A DNA stretch of 64,000 nt from the NCBI GenBank assembly GCA_048939765.1, contig JBHLPF010000001.1, positions 1-64,000 of the forward strand, given 5' to 3'. Made by a program: the position numbers and the translations under genes. This document shows, piece by piece, positions 57,704 to 64,000 of this stretch. The notes beneath the pieces are model-generated. The model saw nothing but the letters and a program-made list of their open reading frames with translations. It was not told the origin of the DNA and did no database searches. Source of the DNA: Promethearchaeota archaeon (lineage in GTDB: Archaea; Asgardarchaeota; Thorarchaeia; Thorarchaeales; Thorarchaeaceae). Within the stretch, counting starts at the first letter, position 1; the number at the start of each line of letters is the position of its first letter.

Positions 57704-59958
57704 TCGTTCTCAATCTCATAGTCTTCAATAAGAGTCTGAATTGAGAATGGGTCCTGGTCATCATCACCAGCCTCGATAAGAGAAGCTGTTTCGTCCTCTG
57801 TCATCGGCATATCGACTCCGAGCTGTCGCTTTATTGATTTGGCCAATGAAGTGCCAATGGTCGGTACACGGGAGATTTTCTCAAAGGGTGCATTATACAA
57901 ATCTGACTGATTTTTCAAGCCATTTGCATATAGCATCCTTCCTCTTATGCGACCTATTCCTCTGAGCCTGACAATATCCAGCAGTTCTCTGTGCACCCCA
58001 TATTTCAGTCGTGATCGAAGATTATAGAAAAATGGAACATGTTGTGAGGCATTGACTATCTTAGCAATCTCTGATGCTGAGTAGGCCAACCATTCTGCTG
58101 TCTGGACGTACCTGTAGACATCACCCATACCTACATTGAATCCTTCAGTGATTTCACGCTCCGAACTCTCAGAGATCCATTCTTCCAGCAGTCGTGCGGT
58201 CTTCACTTCTGCAAGAAACTCTCCGTAGTCATCAAAATCATCTATTGGAGGTTCAATCATGAAATCATCCTTGTTTCTTTCAACAAAGTAATCGTACTCA
58301 TCGAAGTCCGATTTCGTAAGAAATGTGGTCTGCTGGTCTGGAGTATGGCATATGAGATGTAGTGCACCTATAGGTGAAACCTCTTCGGCTGCAGTCAGTG
58401 CATCACGGAGTAATATGGCGGTGTAGGGATCGATGTATAGTCTGGACGCCCTCTTGCCCAATGGGGTTGCAGAGTACAATCCAGATTCGGTGTCAATCAA
58501 TTGACCCTCTTCAAGGAATATCAGAGCGGACGAAACATGATGCTGAATCTCTAACGGATCAAACTGGCAAGAAAAGAATGTTCCCTCAATCAATGAGTCA
58601 ACCTCCTCTCTATTTCGTGTCATCTCTGTAGCAATGGTAGAAAGTAGGTGGGAACGGAGAGCGGAAGGAGATGCAAGCTTGGATGTGATTCTCTCTGGTT
58701 CTGCCAATACATACTCGTCCGTTAGTGCATCACGTTCTTGCTCGGATTTGGCAATGAGTATTGCCTCTCCATACCTGTCGTATTTTGGACGGCCAGCTCT
58801 TCCAGCCATCTGTTTATACTCAAGGACTGGAATAGTATAACTTCCCCGCCCTTGTTCAAAGCGGCGATAATCGCGGATGACGACTCGCCTAGCTGGAAGA
58901 TTCACACCAGCGGCCAAAGTAGGAGTTGCTATTACAGCCTTTAGCAGATCTGCCTTGAAAAAGTCTTCAACCAGTGTACGTTCATTGTTATCGAGTCCAG
59001 CGTGGTGAAATGCCACTCCTGAAACGATGACTCTTCCCAGGATTCTTGTTGCTTCTGGAGCTGAGGGTCTTGCAGACAGCTTCTTAGCTGCCTTCGCTAG
59101 ATGCTTATGTGCATCTGTATTGAGATAGGGGCGTACAGATGATGCAAGTCTCTTGGCTACTGCAACAGTTGACCTTCTACTTGATACAAACACGAGAGCC
59201 TGACCCTTCTCATCCAAGATGTCGCAGACCACGTCACTGATTATCTCCGACCGCTTTCTGGGGATAGACTTTGTTTCACCTTCAAGAATGAATGCAATCT
59301 TATTGTCAAAATAGACACCTTCTTTCAATGGCACCGGTCTCCACGAACTTGTGACGAGATCTGCACTCAGCCACTCTGCGATTCTCTCAGAATTTGAGAT
59401 GGTGGCACTCAATGCCAAAATCTGCACATCTGCAAGACTCTGCATCATTTTGGCAATGACCATTTCCAGTGTAGGACCCCGTTTTGGGTCATTTACTAAA
59501 TGAACCTCATCTACCACCATGATTCCTACTTCTTCAAGCCACTGTGTTCTATGACGTACCAATGAGTCAGCTCTCTCTGTTGTCAATACAACTATGTCTG
59601 CCTCTCTGAGACGGGTGCCCGGAGAGTCATAGTCCCCTATCGACATTGCGACTGTGATTCCTAGTGATTCGTATTTCTTGAATTCTGAGTACTTCTCTCT
59701 TGCAAGGGACCGCAGTGGAACGAGATACAATGCTTTGCCGCGTCCATCTAGAATGGACTTCAGCATGGATATCTCTGCCACTAGCGTCTTGCCAGAACTT
59801 GTAGGAACTGCCAGAACGAGATTGTTGCCATCTAGTACTCCCGTTTCAAAGGCAGATATCTGAGGGGGAAAGAGTGTGAGTATTCCAGTATCCTGAAGCA
59901 ATTTGATGACCTTCTTATTGATAGATAGGTTCTCAAGTTGCGTTGTGGTCATCTCCAT
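57700..59958 (-). CDS. hel308: Ski2-like DNA helicase Hel308/Hjm
   Basis: PTSSGKT, DEVH, LSAT, FHHAGL, TPTLAAGVNLPAR, QMAGRAGRP, RGIGRIRGR. Confidence 0.95.
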   Translation of the reverse strand: MEMTTTQLENLSINKKVIKLLQDTGILTLFPPQISAFETGVLDGNNLVLAVPTSSGKTLVAEISMLKSILDGRGKALYLVPLRSLAREKYSEFKKYESLGITVAMSIGDYDSPGTRLREADIVVLTTERADSLVRHRTQWLEEVGIMVVDEVHLVNDPKRGPTLEMVIAKMMQSLADVQILALSATISNSERIAEWLSADLVTSSWRPVPLKEGVYFDNKIAFILEGETKSIPRKRSEIISDVVCDILDEKGQALVFVSSRRSTVAVAKRLASSVRPYLNTDAHKHLAKAAKKLSARPSAPEATRILGRVIVSGVAFHHAGLDNNERTLVEDFFKADLLKAVIATPTLAAGVNLPARRVVIRDYRRFEQGRGSYTIPVLEYKQMAGRAGRPKYDRYGEAILIAKSEQERDALTDEYVLAEPERITSKLASPSALRSHLLSTIATEMTRNREEVDSLIEGTFFSCQFDPLEIQHHVSSALIFLEEGQLIDTESGLYSATPLGKRASRLYIDPYTAILLRDALTAAEEVSPIGALHLICHTPDQQTTFLTKSDFDEYDYFVERNKDDFMIEPPIDDFDDYGEFLAEVKTARLLEEWISESSEREITEGFNVGMGDVYRYVQTAEWLAYSASEIAKIVNASQHVPFFYNLRSRLKYGVHRELLDIVRLRGIGRIRGRMLYANGLKNQSDLYNAPFEKISRVPTIGTSLAKSIKRQLGVDMPMTEDETASLIEAGDDDQDPFSIQTLIEDYEIEND

Positions 59959-59976
59959 TGCAAACGCGGACCCACC

Positions 59977-62061
59977 CTAGGTCCCAGAGGATCTAGAAAG
60001 TCGTATAGTACCTTCTCCTTTAGGCCTGTATACATCACCAGCTTGTTCGAGCCGTTTTATGACATCTTCGGCCTTGTCTCGAGGTATACCCTTTATCTCT
60101 AATCTCTGTAACAGCTCGACTTCGCTACTTACACCCTCATCCATCATAACTCTGAGTGTGTCTATAATCGCAATTCTGATATTTCTCCTACCTGAAGGCT
60201 CCTCTGCATATATACGGTCTGCATCAAATTCTCCAGTATCAATGTCGTAGAACACCTTTTCCATTGATGCTTTCATAAGGTCGACAGCCGCTAACCCGTC
60301 CTCTCTGCTGACCTCACGCTTCAGTGCCATTCTTGCTCGAGCTTCTGCAAGACGTACTAGGGACTCCAGCTGTCGGGCTGTAATCGGTATGGGGGCATCT
60401 TCTTCTTGGGCCTTTTTTCGGAGACCTACATAGAAGTCCTGTATTGCTTCTGCGGCCGCGGGGGTCAGTTTAGGCTCAAACTCACGATGCGCAAATGCAA
60501 TATACTTCTTCAAGAGCTTCTTCGGGATCGGAGCTTTCTCATCTTTTACCTTCCTCGATTTCCCCTGGTGCAAGTCTAGAATGAATCCTGCTAGGTCTTT
60601 ATCGCGCTCCTCTTCTGGAGTGTCAATCATGACCCAGATTAAATCAAATCTGGACAAGATTGTAAAGGGTAGTTTGATGTTTTCTTGTGGAGTCCATGAT
60701 ATGTTGTATCGGCCAAGGGAAGGATTCGCCGCAGCTAGAATTGAGGTGCGTGCATTCAGTGTCGCAACTATGCCGGCCTTTGCTATGCTCACAGTATGTT
60801 GTTCCATTGCTTCGTGTATTGCTGTTCGATCATTCGGATCCATTTTGTCAAACTCATCTATGCATGCAATTCCCTTGTCTGCCAGAACCAATGCTCCAGC
60901 TTCAAGTGTCATAGCTCCACTGTCAGTGTCATGAACAACAGCTGCTGTCAGACCTGCAGCAGTGGTACCCTTTCCTGATGTGTATAGGGCTCTGGAGCCA
61001 AGATCTGCCACATATTTCAAGATCTGACTTTTTCCTGTCCCAGGATCACCGACCAGTAGAATGTTGGACCGTCCCCTTAGCCGAATTCCTTCTTCTTCGA
61101 ATGTCTTTTCAACTCCACCGAATAGAAGAAGCGAGATTGATTCCTTTATGTCGTCATGCCCTTGGATTGCAGGTGCAATTGATCTGTAAATCTTCTCATG
61201 AACATATGGATTCTCAGACAGTTTGAGTATCTCTTCCCTATCTTCGGGAGAAATATCAAGCTCATATTCCTTCTCTGCAACTTCTACCCCACTGGCATCG
61301 ATAAACACTCTAAAGGTGGCTAGCTTTCCACCCCTCCTCGAGAAGTCAGGTGCTGTCTGTAGCATTCCTGTCACATTGACCATGTCACCAGGTCTCGAGA
61401 TGTCTACGATGTCACCCTTGAGGACTGCATCGACGGACCGCGGCATTTGTCCTGGAGGAAGCTCCTCAGGTGATTCCTGTATTCGAACCTTCTGCCAGTC
61501 TATGAACCGTGATTTTCCTTTCGCAAGTAACAATTTCATAGGGGTCTTTTTCCCACAGGTATTGCAAAACGGGGGTTCAGTGTAGCGACCTTCCTCTTGT
61601 TCTTGAGGAGTTTCGTCACCACAGATTCTGCATTTGAATGTGGCACTGACCAATAATGGCTTGACTTCACTTGCACGCATCATGATGCCCTTGATACGGA
61701 TTAGCTTCCCGATGTGACGTGCCCGTATGTATCTAAGAGGAACAGTATCGGTATAGTTGATAATACGGACCTGTAATGCGTCATGTCCAATCGCCTCAAC
61801 ATACTTGGGATCTTCGATTTTGAGGATAGTAACCAGTGCATTGTGGGCATTCTTAAGAAATGACTCAGGATCTTCTGTAGCGTCTGCCGTGAATTCATTA
61901 TCAAAGCTGATAAGATCTTCAAAGTCTATGACTAATGAAGTTTCACCGTCAACAGACATCTCTTGTACTCTAGACCAATAGATTGGTTTGCCATTTTCGT
62001 CTTTGAAGGTACGAATGAACTCCTCGAACCTTCTTTCTTCAGTTTCCATTTCTGTTGTCAT
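59977..62061 (-). CDS. mcm: MCM replicative helicase
   Basis: GDPGTGKSQ, AGLTAAV, IDEFDKM, HEAMEQ, AANP, SRFD, ARQLE. Confidence 0.97.
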   Translation of the reverse strand: MTTEMETEERRFEEFIRTFKDENGKPIYWSRVQEMSVDGETSLVIDFEDLISFDNEFTADATEDPESFLKNAHNALVTILKIEDPKYVEAIGHDALQVRIINYTDTVPLRYIRARHIGKLIRIKGIMMRASEVKPLLVSATFKCRICGDETPQEQEEGRYTEPPFCNTCGKKTPMKLLLAKGKSRFIDWQKVRIQESPEELPPGQMPRSVDAVLKGDIVDISRPGDMVNVTGMLQTAPDFSRRGGKLATFRVFIDASGVEVAEKEYELDISPEDREEILKLSENPYVHEKIYRSIAPAIQGHDDIKESISLLLFGGVEKTFEEEGIRLRGRSNILLVGDPGTGKSQILKYVADLGSRALYTSGKGTTAAGLTAAVVHDTDSGAMTLEAGALVLADKGIACIDEFDKMDPNDRTAIHEAMEQHTVSIAKAGIVATLNARTSILAAANPSLGRYNISWTPQENIKLPFTILSRFDLIWVMIDTPEEERDKDLAGFILDLHQGKSRKVKDEKAPIPKKLLKKYIAFAHREFEPKLTPAAAEAIQDFYVGLRKKAQEEDAPIPITARQLESLVRLAEARARMALKREVSREDGLAAVDLMKASMEKVFYDIDTGEFDADRIYAEEPSGRRNIRIAIIDTLRVMMDEGVSSEVELLQRLEIKGIPRDKAEDVIKRLEQAGDVYRPKGEGTIRLSRSSGT

Positions 62062-62199
62062 GATTAGTCAGAACACTCCAGATGTAATCCTAATGATCTC
62101 ACATGACTCTAACACTTTGTCTGTAGGGGTCAGATATTAAAACCCGTTCTCGTTAGTTGTGAGTTTGCTTTTTAACTCTGTCAGAGCTTTCGGAATTCT

Positions 62200-62793
62200 T
62201 CAGACAATGGTCTTCTCTCTCACCATTTCGCGCCAAGCAGAAAGCAGAGAGTAGAGTTCATCTGCAAGCCACCTCTCCTCTCGCGACATCCTCTTACGGT
62301 TATCCTGACTCACACCAGACTCTGGTTTTGCAGCACGTATTATTTTGGACAAACGTGTTTCAGTTAGAATTCTGAGCATTGTGCCCATCTTCTTAATATC
62401 GGCATAACGACGCGGTTCCATTGAAGTCTTGTCGCTTTGTAGCTGGCTCATCTTTCGGATGAGAGCAGAATAAAGCAGTTTGGGCCGTTCATTCTTTTTA
62501 TCATACAGACTATGCAAGTTGGGTAGCTTTCTCTCTTCATTATACAGATTTTGAAATTTCCGAAAGGAATCATAATCATCATCGGTATGCATATCAACAA
62601 AATCGTGTGCAATGAGCTTCTCGATTGCCCAATTGGAAAGTTCCGTTGTATCTTCGGCTTTGAAAGGACCTAGTTTCTCTCCTCCAATCGTAATCTCTGG
62701 TACATCCTCACGAAAGATACACATACGGGTTTCGTTTAGAAACTGCATTGCAAATCGGTCTCTTACAATTTCGGAGTCGTGTTGAGAACTCAT
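62200..62793 (-). CDS. gins23: GINS23 subunit
   Basis: Immediately upstream of mcm; N-terminal B domain (LGPF....L.NW), then TRLSKI and EERW A-domain motifs. Confidence 0.75.
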   Translation of the reverse strand: MSSQHDSEIVRDRFAMQFLNETRMCIFREDVPEITIGGEKLGPFKAEDTTELSNWAIEKLIAHDFVDMHTDDDYDSFRKFQNLYNEERKLPNLHSLYDKKNERPKLLYSALIRKMSQLQSDKTSMEPRRYADIKKMGTMLRILTETRLSKIIRAAKPESGVSQDNRKRMSREERWLADELYSLLSAWREMVREKTIV

Positions 62794-62989
62794 TGTACAC
62801 ACAATTATCGATTGATTGGCGTACCATAAGAACTTGTTCTAGAGTGCGAATTGCGGTGCTGCTTTTAGTCTAACATGAGTATTATCTAATTGGAGTTGAG
62901 CTTCTATTTCCAATTGGCTGATGCTTCCGGAGAAGCTTTTAAGAACAACAGAAGATTGTCACCGCAGCCTATGACTGGATGGGAACCAT

Positions 62990-63946
62990 ATGGATTTAGA
63001 CCTCTGGACAGAAAAATACCGTCCCCCCACACTCGGGGGAATTATTGGACAGGAATCGATTATTGAGAGTCTAACCAAATTCGTGGAAAACAGGAATGTA
63101 CCACATTGTCTGTTCAGCGGACCTCCAGGTACAAGCAAGACCACCGCTGCAATGGCGATGGCAAGAGATCTCTTTGACGACACTTTTGATCGTAACTTCA
63201 TGGAACTAAATGCAAGTGATGAGAGAGGCATTGATGTCGTCAGGAATCAGATAAAGAACTTCGCCCGGACCATGCCGGCGGGAGATGCTCCCTTCAAGAT
63301 TCTGGTCCTAGATGAGGCGGACCATCTCACTGCTGATGCTCAACATGCATTAAGACGGACGATGGAATCGTATGCAGGCTCATGCAGAATGATATTGATA
63401 TGTAACTATTCGAGCAGAATAATTCCACCAATTCAATCTAGATGTGCGATGTTCAGATTTGCCCGATTAAGTGATGACTCGATGGCTGAGAGAATCAAGT
63501 TCATTGCTAAAAAGGAGAAAGTTTCTGTCAATGTAAGTGGGACCAAAGCAATACTCTATCTCGCAGAGGGAGACATGCGGGCTGCTATCAACCTTCTTCA
63601 GGCATCTGCATCTGCAGGAGAAAAAGTGGATGATACAATAGTCTACTCGATAGCTGGAAGAGCAAACCCCAAAGCGATTAAGGAGATGCTAGACTCCGCT
63701 AATGTGAACTATGAGGACTCTCTGGAGAAACTTAGAGTACTCATCTATCAGCAAGGAGTGTCGCCAGTAGATTTGGCAAGGCAACTGCATAGAGAAGTGC
63801 TAAAGATGGATATGGCTGAGAATCAAAAGATGTTGATTCTTGAGAGGGCTGCAGAAGTTGAATTTCGAATAGGAGAAGGAGCAAGTGGAGAGGTCCAACT
63901 GAGTGCACTATTGGCGCATATAGGATTGGAACGGGGTAAATCATGA
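62990..63946 (+). CDS. rfcS: Replication factor C small subunit
   Basis: WTEKYRP, GPPGTSKT, ELNASDERGID, DEAD, IQSRC. Confidence 0.97.
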   Translation: MDLDLWTEKYRPPTLGGIIGQESIIESLTKFVENRNVPHCLFSGPPGTSKTTAAMAMARDLFDDTFDRNFMELNASDERGIDVVRNQIKNFARTMPAGDAPFKILVLDEADHLTADAQHALRRTMESYAGSCRMILICNYSSRIIPPIQSRCAMFRFARLSDDSMAERIKFIAKKEKVSVNVSGTKAILYLAEGDMRAAINLLQASASAGEKVDDTIVYSIAGRANPKAIKEMLDSANVNYEDSLEKLRVLIYQQGVSPVDLARQLHREVLKMDMAENQKMLILERAAEVEFRIGEGASGEVQLSALLAHIGLERGKS

Positions 63947-64000
63947 AGAGCAAAAACCTGCCTTGGCCAGAACTCCACCGTCCCACGAGTCTTAAGCAGA
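63943..64000 (+). CDS. rfcL: Replication factor C large subunit (5' fragment)
   Basis: ATGA overlap with rfcS; MKSKNLPWPELHRP matches the RFC box-II-like W.E.(Y/H)RP. Confidence 0.7.
   Translation, partial: MKSKNLPWPELHRPTSLKQ

Noticed and set aside
1-64000. CRISPR arrays, rRNA, IS elements, integrases, inteins in mcm/rfc/cdc6
   Set aside because: No periodic repeats, rRNA-like stretches or recombinase/transposase motifs were seen, and the replication proteins are of normal length.

Overview
A gene-dense archaeal chromosomal window, very probably from an Asgard archaeon (Thorarchaeota-like). This is inferred from the roadblock/DENN-like/small-GTPase module, the Hdr/Mvh genes, intron-containing tRNAs and a full archaeal replication set. 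The left ~21 kb is metabolic or accessory: a membrane PHP/DUF3604-like hydrolase, MvhD, a SAM-methyltransferase–HgcA-like–HgcB-like triple fusion bracketed by a ~55-bp direct repeat, a nucleoside-type ABC transporter, an acyl-CoA dehydrogenase, and an hdrC-hdrB-hdrA-hdrA/mvhD operon ending in an unusual ~755-aa winged-helix/ferredoxin protein. The rest is mostly core information processing: GINS15, PriS, PCNA, RPA3, TFS, RpoL, Csl4, Cdc6 with mini-ORB boxes, PolD DP1, eS1, uS15, KEOPS, an inactivated RecJ/DHH protein, HerA-NurA, PyrG, Hel308, MCM, GINS23 and RFC. There are three tRNAs, one with two BHB introns. Non-coding oddities include a perfect 30-bp palindrome and several structured intercistronic spacers. 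No CRISPR array, rRNA or transposase was seen. All protein assignments come from motif recognition by eye, not database searches.
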